A DNA stretch of 64,000 nucleotides from Tepidisphaera sp. (GTDB lineage: Bacteria > Planctomycetota > Phycisphaerae > Phycisphaerales > UBA1924): NCBI GenBank assembly GCA_050916045.1, contig CP051526.1, forward strand, positions 1,824,001-1,888,000, read 5' to 3'. Every line of letters begins with the position of its first letter. The stretch's first letter is position 1. This document shows positions 19,710 to 29,182 of the stretch, piece by piece. The notes under the pieces were generated by a model. It was given only the letters and a program-made list of their open reading frames with translations. It ran no database searches and had not been told where the DNA came from. A program made the position numbers and the translations under genes.

Positions 19710-20003
19710 ATGGGTGCGACGTGTCACTTCACTGGTAAGCATACGACGTTCGGTAAGATTCGCCGCTGGCGCGGTCAGGCCATCAGCAAGGGCGGCTTCG
19801 GTCTCAAGCCCACGGGCATCACCCGCCGGACGTTCAAGCCGAATCTGCAGACCGTCAACGCCATTATCGAGGACGGCGGCGTCAAGCGCGTCGAGCGCAT
19901 CACCGTCTCCGCCCGCGCGATCCGTCAGGGTCTGGTCGTCAAGCCGCTCAAGCGCAAGTACGGCTACACCCGTCAGCAGAAGGCCGCCGCGGCCAACGCC
20001 TGA
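19710..20003 (+). CDS. rpmB: 50S ribosomal protein L28
   Basis: CHFTGK...RRTFKPNLQ; AGGAG SD and TATAGT upstream. Confidence 0.92.
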   Translation: MGATCHFTGKHTTFGKIRRWRGQAISKGGFGLKPTGITRRTFKPNLQTVNAIIEDGGVKRVERITVSARAIRQGLVVKPLKRKYGYTRQQKAAAANA

Positions 20004-20046
20004 TCTTCAGGCTTCGCCCCGTCCGCGAGCTTTGCTTCGATTTGTC

Positions 20047-20081
20047 ACGACCGGCTCCCTTCGGAGCCGGTCGTTCTTTTT
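20047..20081 (+). terminator. Intrinsic terminator after rpmB
   Basis: ACGACCGGCTCC-CTTC-GGAGCCGGTCGT followed by TCTTTTT. Confidence 0.85.
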
Positions 20082-20148
20082 CCCCGGCGCGAGAGTCTCT
20101 CGATCGCCCCGGCCGCTCCCCCTCGCCCGTCCGCGTAAACTCCGACAG

Positions 20149-20739
20149 ATGAAGTGTGACCACTGCGAGCACGAAGCCACCGTTCACGAGGTTACGATCC
20201 GCGGAGGGGTCAAGGTCGAACGACACCTTTGCCAGTCCTGCGCCTCCGAAGCCGGCATCGTCCCCGGCGACAACGTCTCCCCCCTCGACGTCATGCAGCT
20301 CGCTCTGGAAGCCGCCAGCGCCGCGGCCGATCCCGCCATGCTCGAAGCCGCCCGCGCGGCCAAACGCCCGCCTAAGCCCGCCGCCTGCGGAAGCTGCGGC
20401 ATGACCTGGGAGGACTTCAAGTCTGGCGGCATGCTCGGCTGCCCCAACTGCTACGAAGACTTCGAAAGCAAGCTCCTCCCCCTTATCGAACGGGCCCACG
20501 AAGGCGCCTCACAGCACGTCGGCAAGCTTCCCGCCCGGGCCGCCGGACAGGCCGCCGGAAGTCGCTCCCGCGCCATGGCCGCACTCGTCGAGGAACGGGC
20601 TCAGCGACTCTCCGCCCTCCGCCGCTTGCTCGATGACGCCGTGAAAGCCGAGCAGTACGAACGTGCCGCCCAGCTCCGCGATGAGCTCCGTCGCCTCAGC
20701 GACCAGGTGCCCGACCTCACCTCAGGGAGTGAGCCATGA
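20149..20739 (+). CDS. mcsA: Protein-arginine kinase activator McsA (CxxC motifs + UVR domain)
   Basis: MKCDHC..HLCQSCA..CGSCG..LGCPNCY; EQYERAAQLRDE; ATGA overlap with mcsB. Confidence 0.9.
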   Translation: MKCDHCEHEATVHEVTIRGGVKVERHLCQSCASEAGIVPGDNVSPLDVMQLALEAASAAADPAMLEAARAAKRPPKPAACGSCGMTWEDFKSGGMLGCPNCYEDFESKLLPLIERAHEGASQHVGKLPARAAGQAAGSRSRAMAALVEERAQRLSALRRLLDDAVKAEQYERAAQLRDELRRLSDQVPDLTSGSEP

Positions 20740-21863
20740 CGCCCGCCCCTGCTTCGCCAAGCGGTGAGCCCCTGCCCGGCGGCCTGGATGCTTCCAGCGT
20801 CGAATGGCTCCGCGGAGATGGAAATCACGCCGACGTCGTCCTCTCTTCCCGCGTGCGACTGGCCCGCAACCTCGCCGGATTTCCCTTCGCCGTCCGGATG
20901 GATGAGACCCAGCGTCTCCGCGTCATGGATCTCACCCGCGAAGCGATCCGACACTCACTCCGCGGCACGAACGCGGGCACCGGCCTCGCGTGGGTCAACG
21001 TCCACGAGACCTCGCCGTCGCAGCGTGCCCTCCTCGTCGAACGCCACCTCATCAGCAAGCAGCTTCAGCGCGGACGCGCGGCGGCCATCGGCGAAGACCC
21101 CCGCGGCGCCGCGATCTCCCTCCCCTCCGAACGACTCTCCATCATGGTCAACGAGGAGGATCACGTCCGCATCCAGATCGTCCGCAGCGGCCTGGATCTC
21201 GCGGACGCCTGGAAGCAGGCCGGCGAAGTCGACGACGCGCTCGAGTCCGTTCTCGATTACGCCTATTCGCCGCGACTGGGATTCCTCACCGCCTGCCCGA
21301 CCAATCTCGGCACCGGCATGCGCATGAGCGTCATGCTCCACCTTCCCGCTCTTCGCATGACCGGAGACATCGAGAAGGTCAAGAAAGCCGCCAGCGACAT
21401 GTGCCTCGCCGTCCGCGGCTTCTACGGCGAAGGTTCCGAAGCCGCCGGCGACCTCTACCAGATCTCCAACCAGACCACCCTCGGCAAAACCGAAGCCATG
21501 GTCCTCGCAGAACTCCACGAGCACATCATCCCCCAGGTCGCCGAGTACGAACGCGTCGCCCGCCGGGCTCTCCTCGCCAAGCGCACGCCCCTGCTCCACG
21601 ATCAGGTTTTCCGCGCCCTGGGCACCCTGCGTCACGCCCGGCTGATGAAGGTCGAGGAAGCCATGCAGCACCTCAGCCTCGTTCGCCTCGGCGTCGTCTC
21701 CGGCGTGCTCTCGTCCGCGCTTCCCTCACTCGACCTTCGCGCTGCGAACCAGCTCCTGCTTCTCATCCAGCCCGCGCACCTGCAGCGCACCCTCGGCCGC
21801 GACATGGAGCAGGACGCCCGCGCCGAAGCACGCGCGACACTCCTCCGCGATCGCCTCGCCTGA
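20736..21863 (+). CDS. mcsB: Protein-arginine kinase McsB
   Basis: SSRVRLARN, NEEDH, LTACPTNLGTG, RGFYGEGS, YQISNQTTLG. Confidence 0.93.
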   Translation: MTPAPASPSGEPLPGGLDASSVEWLRGDGNHADVVLSSRVRLARNLAGFPFAVRMDETQRLRVMDLTREAIRHSLRGTNAGTGLAWVNVHETSPSQRALLVERHLISKQLQRGRAAAIGEDPRGAAISLPSERLSIMVNEEDHVRIQIVRSGLDLADAWKQAGEVDDALESVLDYAYSPRLGFLTACPTNLGTGMRMSVMLHLPALRMTGDIEKVKKAASDMCLAVRGFYGEGSEAAGDLYQISNQTTLGKTEAMVLAELHEHIIPQVAEYERVARRALLAKRTPLLHDQVFRALGTLRHARLMKVEEAMQHLSLVRLGVVSGVLSSALPSLDLRAANQLLLLIQPAHLQRTLGRDMEQDARAEARATLLRDRLA

Positions 21864-21902
21864 GCCCGCCTCGCCTGATTCACATAAACCCGAACTGGAT
21901 TT

Positions 21903-22958
21903 TCAGGATTCCGCCGCCGCCGGGCTGCTCCACTTCGCCGGCTGCTCGGACTTGGGATGGAGCATCGTCCAGAGCTTCTCCACCAGTTCCTTGAGGTGCA
22001 GACGCGTCGCGCCGCTGATCGCCATCACTTCCTTGTCCGGCCGCATCCCAAGCGACTTGCACAGGTCCAGCAGCGCCCGCTTGCGGGCTTTGTCGTCCGC
22101 TAGCACGTCGACCTTGTTGAGGACGACAAGCTCCGGACGTTCGGAAAGCTCGACCGAGTAGGCTTTGAGTTCCTCGCGGATCGTGTTGTAATTGTCCGCG
22201 GGGTCGCTGCCGTCCGGCGGGTCGCAGTCCAGCAAGTGCACCAGGATCTTCGTCCGCTCGACGTGCCGCAGGAAGTCGTGGCCAAGCCCCGCACCCTTGC
22301 TCGCGCCCTCGATCAGCCCCGGGATGTCCGCGAGAATGATCCGGCGTTCCGCATCCACCTCGACGATGCCAAGCTGCGGCGAAAGCGTCGTGAAGGGATA
22401 GTCCGCGATCTTCGGATTCGCCTTGGTGAGGGCTTTGAGAAGCGTGCTCTTGCCCGCGTTGGGCATGCCGATGAAACCCACCTCGGCGATGAGTTTGAGC
22501 TCAAGGCGAACCTCGAAGCCCTCGCCCTCCTGCCCTTCGGTTGCGGTCCGCGGCGTCTGGTTGGTCGAGTGCTTGAAGTGCTCGTTGCCCCAGCCGCCCT
22601 TGCCGCCGCGTGCGATGATCGCCCGCTCGTTCGGCTTGAGGTCGTGGATGAGCTCGCCGGTCTTGTGGTTGAAGATCTGGGTGCCGGGTGGCAGCTTGAG
22701 GATGAGGTCAAACCCGTCCCCGCCGGTGCACTGTTTGAACCCGCCGCTTTCGCCATCCTGCGCGGCGTACATCGATTCGTACCGGAGGTCGTAGAGGGTG
22801 GTCATCCCGCTTTCGGCCTGCGCAATGACATCCCCGCCCTTTCCGCCGTTCCCACCGTTGGGACCGCCCTTGGGCTCGAACTTCTCACGGCGGAAGGAGA
22901 CTTTACCATCTCCCCCGCGGCCAGCTTTGATCATGATAACGGCTTGGTCGACAAACAC
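21903..22958 (-). CDS. obgE: GTPase ObgE/CgtA
   Basis: (V)FVDQA..AGRGGDG..FRREKF; GMPNAGKST, IADYPFTTL, ADIPGLIEGA, NKVD. GTG start at 22958. Confidence 0.96.
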   Translation of the reverse strand: MFVDQAVIMIKAGRGGDGKVSFRREKFEPKGGPNGGNGGKGGDVIAQAESGMTTLYDLRYESMYAAQDGESGGFKQCTGGDGFDLILKLPPGTQIFNHKTGELIHDLKPNERAIIARGGKGGWGNEHFKHSTNQTPRTATEGQEGEGFEVRLELKLIAEVGFIGMPNAGKSTLLKALTKANPKIADYPFTTLSPQLGIVEVDAERRIILADIPGLIEGASKGAGLGHDFLRHVERTKILVHLLDCDPPDGSDPADNYNTIREELKAYSVELSERPELVVLNKVDVLADDKARKRALLDLCKSLGMRPDKEVMAISGATRLHLKELVEKLWTMLHPKSEQPAKWSSPAAAES

Positions 22959-23014
22959 GCCGGATGATAGGGGCGCTGGAGGCTTCACGCTGAAATCGCG
23001 AGAAACCAGCCCGC

Positions 23015-23407
23015 TCACGCCGCGCGGCGATCAAAGTGGTTCGCGATCACGCGGTGAAGCTTGAGTTCATCCCCCTCACGCTCAAACCGCGTGAACGCCA
23101 CCGCCATCCGGACCGGCCCCACGTCCGAATCGTCGAGCCACACGACGTTTCCCGTCACGCGGACCTTCCGCTGCGCCTCGCCCAGCGACGCCGGAAGCGT
23201 GATCTCCACCGTGACCGACGTCCCGGGATCGATGCACCGATCCAGCTCGAACATCACCCCGCCCACCGACAGGTCGTACGCGTGCCCGGTCATCGCACGC
23301 CCGCGACCGCCGAGCGGCTTGACCGCGATCGGCGTGTATCCCGCCGGGAGGTTCATGCGGTCGGTGCGGCGACGGTTGTCGTGCGATTCGTTGACGCTGC
23401 TGGACAT
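23015..23407 (-). CDS. Stand-alone PilZ domain protein (c-di-GMP receptor)
   Basis: RRTDR (RxxxR) and DLSVGG (DxSxxG) motifs. Confidence 0.85.
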   Translation of the reverse strand: MSSSVNESHDNRRRTDRMNLPAGYTPIAVKPLGGRGRAMTGHAYDLSVGGVMFELDRCIDPGTSVTVEITLPASLGEAQRKVRVTGNVVWLDDSDVGPVRMAVAFTRFEREGDELKLHRVIANHFDRRAA

Positions 23408-23546
23408 GGCCCGATCTCCCGGAATCTTGAGCGGCGACAGGCCGCGATACCGGTGGTATCGGTCATGCCGAGTGACCGCCCGATACCGCTGGGAACGAAA
23501 ACAACGCCCAGGGTGGGTTTATGACGGACCGAGAACCGCTGGAGCC

Positions 23547-24419
23547 TCAGTCGCCGCCCGGGTCCGCCGCTCGGAGCGTCTGGACGCCGCATTCAGGGCA
23601 CCGGACGGTCCCCAACGGGAGGCCCTCCAAGGTGTAACCGCAGGCTTCGCACCAGTCGATCTTTTTCGCCACGCGGGGCCCGCACTGCGGGCACGGCTCG
23701 CCGGGGACGAGGAACGCGTACCCACAGGTGTCGCAAACGGTCTCGGGCGCGCCGCGGAGCATGGCCGCGACTGAAATGCCCACCATGCTCGCGACCGAGA
23801 CCAACGTCAATAGCAACCAAGGTCCCCAGCCGAGAGACTGAATGTTGACGAACGCGACGACGACCACCGCCATCAGACCGATCTGGATCACGCACCCCAT
23901 GCCGCGCCAGAACCAGCCCTGGACCGGCGCTGCGTCGCTCCCCGACTGATCGACTTCTCCGACGCCCGCTTTCAAAGAGACCGCGGCGTCGATCTTGGCG
24001 GCTGACGGTCGGCGGGAAGTCCCGCACTCGGGGCACAATGCGATCGAAGCCGGCAACCTCTCGAGCGAGTATCCGCACGCGGGGCACGTCGTGAGTTGGC
24101 TGCAGTGCGGGCAGACTTGCTCTTCCGGCAGGAACCAGTACCCGCAGGTTCTGCACGCGCCGTTGAACGGCCTCGCTCCGCGCATCATCCAGACGATGAT
24201 GGCAAAGACCGCGCCGATGCAAATGAGCGAAGCCGAGCAGAACCAGTTCGAGCGTGTCTGGAACAGGGCGGAGTTCGGGCCTCCGCTGGGGGCGGAGGAC
24301 GCCCAGCCCCAGAACGCGGCGGAATAGCCGAACAGGAGGGCAAGCAGGATGAGCACGACTTGAGCGGTGCAACCGATCGTCGTGCCGATCCATCGTCGGT
24401 TTCGAGGAGTCTGACGCAT
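23547..24419 (-). CDS. Hypothetical membrane protein, duplicated (TM-TM-double zinc ribbon) architecture
   Basis: Four CxxCGY...CPxC units in two pairs, each pair after two hydrophobic helices; start uncertain. Confidence 0.7.
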   Translation of the reverse strand: MRQTPRNRRWIGTTIGCTAQVVLILLALLFGYSAAFWGWASSAPSGGPNSALFQTRSNWFCSASLICIGAVFAIIVWMMRGARPFNGACRTCGYWFLPEEQVCPHCSQLTTCPACGYSLERLPASIALCPECGTSRRPSAAKIDAAVSLKAGVGEVDQSGSDAAPVQGWFWRGMGCVIQIGLMAVVVVAFVNIQSLGWGPWLLLTLVSVASMVGISVAAMLRGAPETVCDTCGYAFLVPGEPCPQCGPRVAKKIDWCEACGYTLEGLPLGTVRCPECGVQTLRAADPGGD

Positions 24420-24480
24420 GACGAGAGCTTGGTGAGGCTGTCTCTTCGCGTAGTGGGAAAGGAACGACCTCGGCCTTGAC

Positions 24481-24951
24481 CTACGTCCGTTTCGCCACAA
24501 CCTGCAGCGTCACGCGGTCAATCGTCACGCCCATCCGCTTGGCGATCTCTTCCAGCGCGGACTTGGGCAGCGAGTCCAAAAGCTCTCGCGACAGATCTTC
24601 GGGCAGGTCGACGACCTGGCCGTCGGCGGCAAGGAGGTGAGCGTGGCTGCTCGTGTCCGCGTCAAACCGGCAGGGGCCGGAGACGCTCGGCAAGCGGTGG
24701 GCAAGCCCGGCGTCGCAGAGGGCATCCAGCGTGTTGTAGACGGTGGCGAGGCTGAGGTCGCAGTCGCAAGGCGTGCCGCCGATGGGCTGCTGCCCCGCGT
24801 GGGCGCGGCTGACCGAGTGGTAGATCTCATCCGCCGTCGGGTGGGCTTTGGTCGCCGCCAGAGCGGCGTACACCACCTCGCGCTGCTTGGTGTGACGCAG
24901 CGACCGCTCGCGGAAGATCTCCCGGATGGCTTCGGTGGACAGGTTCAGCAC
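24481..24951 (-). CDS. Fur/PerR-family transcriptional repressor
   Basis: LRHTKQR, HPTADEIY, SLATVYNTL, RFD...HAH; GTG start. Confidence 0.88.
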   Translation of the reverse strand: MLNLSTEAIREIFRERSLRHTKQREVVYAALAATKAHPTADEIYHSVSRAHAGQQPIGGTPCDCDLSLATVYNTLDALCDAGLAHRLPSVSGPCRFDADTSSHAHLLAADGQVVDLPEDLSRELLDSLPKSALEEIAKRMGVTIDRVTLQVVAKRT

Positions 24952-24993
24952 AAGCTGAATTCTAGGCTCCCGGCGATGCCCGCCCCCCGGGGC

Positions 24994-26343
24994 CTACTCC
25001 ACGGCGTTCATGAACAGGCCGGTTGCGAGTTTGGGGTAGAAGAAGGTCGATTTCTGGGGCATCAGCTCGTTGGCTTTACTCACCGCCCGGACGGACTCAA
25101 GCGGGGTCGGCCGGACGACGATGGCGATCTGGGCAAACCCACCGCCTCCGCCCGAGCCGGTCTCGAGCCCCTTGCCAATCTCCTGCACTTCCTCGACCGA
25201 GTGCGGGAAAGCCCACTTCACCGGCTCGCCGCCGTTGAGCTTGGGCTGGCAGATGTCTTCGACGATCGCGTGCTGGATGATCGCGACATCAAGCTCTCGC
25301 CACGCTTTGGGCTTGGTTGGGAAGCGAGCCTGAAGCGGGTCGGGCCGCACGAGTGTGGCGACGAAGTTGCGGCCGGTCTTGAAGTCCACCAGCCCGAGGA
25401 CGCACGCGTGGCTTCCCGGCATGGAAGTGGGGGCCGAGGTCACCATCGCTTCCTCAAGCCGCTTGGCGTCGGCCGGCGCGGGTCGGATATCGAGCAGGTT
25501 CTTCGTCGCTTCCGCGAACGCCTCGAACGTGTACCCCTTCATCCCGCCCAGCACGCGGTGTGTCGGGCCGATGACCAGGCCCGGGTCCGACATGCTGACG
25601 AGGACGAACATGCACCGCCGCGCGGGGTGGTCCGTCGGCGTGGGCCCCAGGCCCTGCAGGTAGTTGAGCGCCGTGGTGTATCGGTGGTGCCCGTCCGCGA
25701 TGAAGATGTCTTCGCCGGCGAGCGCGTCCGCATAAGCCTTGATCGACGCGTCATCATCCACCGTCCAGACCTCGTGCCTCACCTGGTCCAGCGGAGAGAC
25801 GGCGTGCATGTCCGCCCGGCGTGAGTCCATGATCCGGCGCACATGCGTGGTCGCGACGCCCTTGTCGTCTGGGTGCAGGCCGAAGATCGGCGAAAGCTGC
25901 GTCTTGGTCGCTTTCATTAGAGCCATCCGGTCCTCCTTGGGACCGCTGAAGGTCTGTTCGTGCGGCAGGATGCCCCCGCCGGCCCGGGGGCCGAAGGGAA
26001 CGATGTCGAGCGTGCACGCCATGCCGCAGCGCTGGTGCTGGCGACCGTTCATGGTGAAGGTCTGCCGGTAGGCGAAGATCGCGGGCTTGTCTCGGCGGGT
26101 GATGTGTCCGGACTGCTGTGCGGCGCGGAGGGCGCTCCCCGCCGCTTCGTACGCCGAGGGAGGGCCGAGTTCCTTCGCCGGGACGTGCGGCAGGTCGATC
26201 GCGACGATGTTTCGCGCGTCCTTGCCGAGAAGAGACTGCTTGCCGCGGAGGTCCAGAACGTCGTACGGCGGCGCGATCACCGCGGAGACATCGCCAGTGC
26301 CTTTGAAGAACTGAAGAGCGCGGAACGGGTGGATCGCGGGCAT
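24994..26343 (-). CDS. DUF1015 family protein
   Basis: APPYDV, ILPHEQT, IADGHHRY, MPQKSTFFYPKLATG. Confidence 0.9.
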   Translation of the reverse strand: MPAIHPFRALQFFKGTGDVSAVIAPPYDVLDLRGKQSLLGKDARNIVAIDLPHVPAKELGPPSAYEAAGSALRAAQQSGHITRRDKPAIFAYRQTFTMNGRQHQRCGMACTLDIVPFGPRAGGGILPHEQTFSGPKEDRMALMKATKTQLSPIFGLHPDDKGVATTHVRRIMDSRRADMHAVSPLDQVRHEVWTVDDDASIKAYADALAGEDIFIADGHHRYTTALNYLQGLGPTPTDHPARRCMFVLVSMSDPGLVIGPTHRVLGGMKGYTFEAFAEATKNLLDIRPAPADAKRLEEAMVTSAPTSMPGSHACVLGLVDFKTGRNFVATLVRPDPLQARFPTKPKAWRELDVAIIQHAIVEDICQPKLNGGEPVKWAFPHSVEEVQEIGKGLETGSGGGGGFAQIAIVVRPTPLESVRAVSKANELMPQKSTFFYPKLATGLFMNAVE

Positions 26344-26412
26344 GGGGACTCCTTCGCGGAGAGTGTAACGAATCTGCTCCCGGCCTTCAAGCCTCGCCGA
26401 ACCTCCGGGCTT

Positions 26413-27288
26413 TCACGGGGGAGCGATGGTCAGCACGCCCCGCCAGATCAGGACGCCCAGGACAAGGCTGAGCGCGATCCGGTACCAGCCGAAGGGCGTC
26501 AGGCCGCGGCGGTTGAGGAAGCCGACGAGCCAACGCACCGCGATGGCGGCGGAGATGGCGGCGACGACGATGCCGATGATGGCGTTGCCGGTGCCGAGGG
26601 CTTCGAAGACGTTGGGGCCTCCGGATTTCTTGGCTTGGCTGAGGTTTTTGTAGAGGTCGTAGGCGCAGGCCGCCCCGAGGGTGGGCAGGCCGAGGAGGAA
26701 GGAGAACTCCGCGGCGGCGGCGGGGCGCAGGCCGGTGAGGCATCCGCCGGCGATGGTCATCATCGAGCGGCTGGTGCCGGGCCACATGGCGACGCACTGG
26801 AAGCAGCCGATGAGGAGAGCTTGCCGGGGCGAAAGGTCGGTGATTTCGAGCTCGCGGTGGCGGCGGAGGCCGAAGCGGCCCTTGCGCCAAGCGTCGATCC
26901 ACATCATGAAGAGACCGCCGACGAACAACGCGGCGACGACGGGTTTGGGGTGGAAGAGGGCGTTCTTGATCGCTTTGCTGAGCAGGAACCCGAGCACGGC
27001 GGCGGGGAGAAAGGCGAGCACGAGGTTGAAGAAGAGGGCGGCCCCGTGGGGGTCTTTGCCGAGCAGGCCGCGGGCCATCTGGACGATGCGGGACCAGTAG
27101 AGGCCGACCACCGCGAGGATCGCTCCCCCCTGAATGATGATGTTGAAGTCATCGACCGCGTCCTTCACCTCGGGCTTGTCCAAGCCGAGGAGCGCGGAGG
27201 TCAGGATCAGGTGTCCCGTCGAGGAGATCGGAAGAAACTCGGTGATCCCTTCGACCAAGCCGAGGATGAGAGCGTGCCACCACGTCAT
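26413..27288 (-). CDS. uppP: Undecaprenyl-diphosphate phosphatase (BacA)
   Basis: GLVEGITEFLPISSTGHL, PGTSRS, AAEFSFLLGLP. Confidence 0.95.
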   Translation of the reverse strand: MTWWHALILGLVEGITEFLPISSTGHLILTSALLGLDKPEVKDAVDDFNIIIQGGAILAVVGLYWSRIVQMARGLLGKDPHGAALFFNLVLAFLPAAVLGFLLSKAIKNALFHPKPVVAALFVGGLFMMWIDAWRKGRFGLRRHRELEITDLSPRQALLIGCFQCVAMWPGTSRSMMTIAGGCLTGLRPAAAAEFSFLLGLPTLGAACAYDLYKNLSQAKKSGGPNVFEALGTGNAIIGIVVAAISAAIAVRWLVGFLNRRGLTPFGWYRIALSLVLGVLIWRGVLTIAPP

Positions 27289-27381
27289 GCGGAGTCCTTC
27301 CTGCTTCCACCCCCCGCGCCCGGCCCGGACGCGACGGCGAGTGTAGCAGCGAGCGGATGCTCGATGCTTGAGATGACCCGA

Positions 27382-27651
27382 TCAGCCCTGCACGTCGAGC
27401 TTACGGCCCGCGAGGATCGCTGTTGCCGCTTGGTTGCGGTCCGCCGGATGTCGGTAGAACGCGAGCGGGCCGCTCGACGGCGATGTCCAAGCCGGCGTCG
27501 AAACGGGGTTTGCGGGCGCGGCGACTGTCCCCGCGACCAACCCGCGGGCTTTGGCTCCCGCTTCCGGCATCGCGGGACGCGCGGGCTTGAGGGAGTAGGA
27601 GCTTGTGGCGTCGTGATGGTTCGGCTGGCTGCGTGGGGAGATGCTGCTCAA
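27382..27651 (-). CDS. Small hypothetical protein (~89 aa) ending GRKLDVQG
   Basis: TTG at 27651 with GGAGG 4 nt upstream; fills an otherwise empty ~480-bp gap; C-terminal LAFYRHPADRNQAATAILAGRKLDVQG looks protein-like. Confidence 0.6.
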   Translation of the reverse strand: MSSISPRSQPNHHDATSSYSLKPARPAMPEAGAKARGLVAGTVAAPANPVSTPAWTSPSSGPLAFYRHPADRNQAATAILAGRKLDVQG

Positions 27652-27768
27652 GGGGCCTCCGAGGGCAAGGTGCCACAGGGATCGGAGATTGGCCGCCGCC
27701 CGCACCAGTCGAAAGCGAGATTCGCATTCTCGGACGCAACCAGGTCGGATCATGCCGACGATCGGGCG

Positions 27769-28698
27769 TTACTTGAGCAGTTCGAGGCACTGTTTGCCGA
27801 GGTCATCGCCTCGGTTGGTCGCCCAGTCCATGGCGGTCTGGCCGTTGGCGTCCTTGGCGTCCTTGCGGGCTCCGGCTTCGAGGAGCATCTTGACCACGGC
27901 GGCTTCGCCCCGGTCGGCGGCCCGCATCATGGGGGTGACGCCCAGCTCGTCGGCCTTGTTGGGGTCTGCCTTGGCGTCCAGCAGGAGCTTCACGGCTTCG
28001 GCCGGGGCGCCGTCCTCGCAAGCGGCGTAGAGCGCGGTCTTCTGCTCCTTGTCGGTGGCGTTGAGGTCGGGGCTGGTGACCAGGATTGCGCGCACTTTGG
28101 CGACGTTGCCGTCGCGGGCGGCGAGCAGGAGGGCCGACTGGCCCCACTTGTTGCGGAAGGAGGCGTCGGCGCCCTTGGCGAGCATGGCTTCGACCGTTTC
28201 GGCGGGGCCCTTGGTGGCGGCGAGCATGAGGGGCGTCCAGCCTTCGATGGAGCGGGCGTTGACGGTCGCGCCGCCGTCGAGGAGAGCACGGGCTGCCGCC
28301 GGGTCGGTGAGCGTGGCGGCGAAGAAGAGAGCGGTCCAGCCGTCGCGGGTGGCGGTGTCGGGCTTGGCACCGGCTTTGAGGAGAGCGGCGACGGCGTCGG
28401 CTTTGCCGGCCTGAGCGGCGAGCATGAGGGCGGTCATGCCGGGCTTCTGACCGGGGACGGCGTCCTGAGCGGCTTCCAGGTCCGTCCCGCCCTTCGCGGC
28501 TTCCTCAAGGGAAGCGACGTTGCCGGACTTGACGGCTTCGAAGACACCCTGCGACTTGCCCGGGGCTTTGGCGGGAGTCTCGGCGAGGCTTGAGTTCAGC
28601 GAGGTTGTCCAGAGGTACATGCCCGCGCTCATCGAGATGAGGAGGACCAAAAGCACCAAGAGCGGGACGGCGGATCGGCCGGGTTTGCTTTGCATCAC
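27769..28698 (-). CDS. Membrane-anchored ankyrin repeat protein
   Basis: Repeated GxTALxxAA...LLxxGA.N units; N-terminal TM helix. Confidence 0.92.
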   Translation of the reverse strand: MMQSKPGRSAVPLLVLLVLLISMSAGMYLWTTSLNSSLAETPAKAPGKSQGVFEAVKSGNVASLEEAAKGGTDLEAAQDAVPGQKPGMTALMLAAQAGKADAVAALLKAGAKPDTATRDGWTALFFAATLTDPAAARALLDGGATVNARSIEGWTPLMLAATKGPAETVEAMLAKGADASFRNKWGQSALLLAARDGNVAKVRAILVTSPDLNATDKEQKTALYAACEDGAPAEAVKLLLDAKADPNKADELGVTPMMRAADRGEAAVVKMLLEAGARKDAKDANGQTAMDWATNRGDDLGKQCLELLK

Positions 28699-28804
28699 AA
28701 GCCTCCACGGGACGGGAATCGGTCGGACGTGACGGGTTCATGGTAACACGCCCTCGCCGGTTTCGGCGGGGGTTGGTGGAAACCGGGTCCGGTCGCGGTA
28801 AGGC

Positions 28805-29182
28805 TCACGGCATGACTCGGAGGTCATCCGCGTGGCCGAGGAAGCCGGCCCGGGCGAGGAGTGCGGCGAGCTCGGGGGCGTCGCGGTCTTCCTCCGCGGC
28901 GGCAAAGCCGACGAACCGGAGCACCCGCACGCCCGTGAAACGCGAGAGGCGGTTGATGGCTTCATCCGGCGTGAGCCCGCGCGATCCGAGACGGTGCGTT
29001 CGGATCAGGAGCCTGTAGTGCGCGACGACGCCGAGTCGCTCTGCCGCGTGCACGATGCGTTCGAGTTCGTCACCGCTCGCGACGAGAAGCATCGCGGAGG
29101 CGAGGAGCGCCGCGTCGAGGGATTCTGACGCGGTGCCCGTGACATGAAGCACGTTGGCGGGGTTGTTCGCGTGCTGGTCCAT
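28805..29182 (-). CDS. Hypothetical protein
   Basis: Protein-like composition from MDQHANN onward; no recognisable motif. Confidence 0.5.
   Translation of the reverse strand: MDQHANNPANVLHVTGTASESLDAALLASAMLLVASGDELERIVHAAERLGVVAHYRLLIRTHRLGSRGLTPDEAINRLSRFTGVRVLRFVGFAAAEEDRDAPELAALLARAGFLGHADDLRVMP

Noticed and set aside
27290..27768. Structured ncRNA (RNase P, tmRNA, SRP) in the uppP-ankyrin gap
   Set aside because: Hallmark motifs such as GAGGAAAGTCC or the SRP GGAA loop are not present; a small ORF with SD explains the gap better.
28750..28800. tRNA/tmRNA 3' end (TCCACCA on the minus strand at 28774-28780)
   Set aside because: No T-loop (GTTCRA) or matching acceptor stem; no ssrA was recognised near smpB either.
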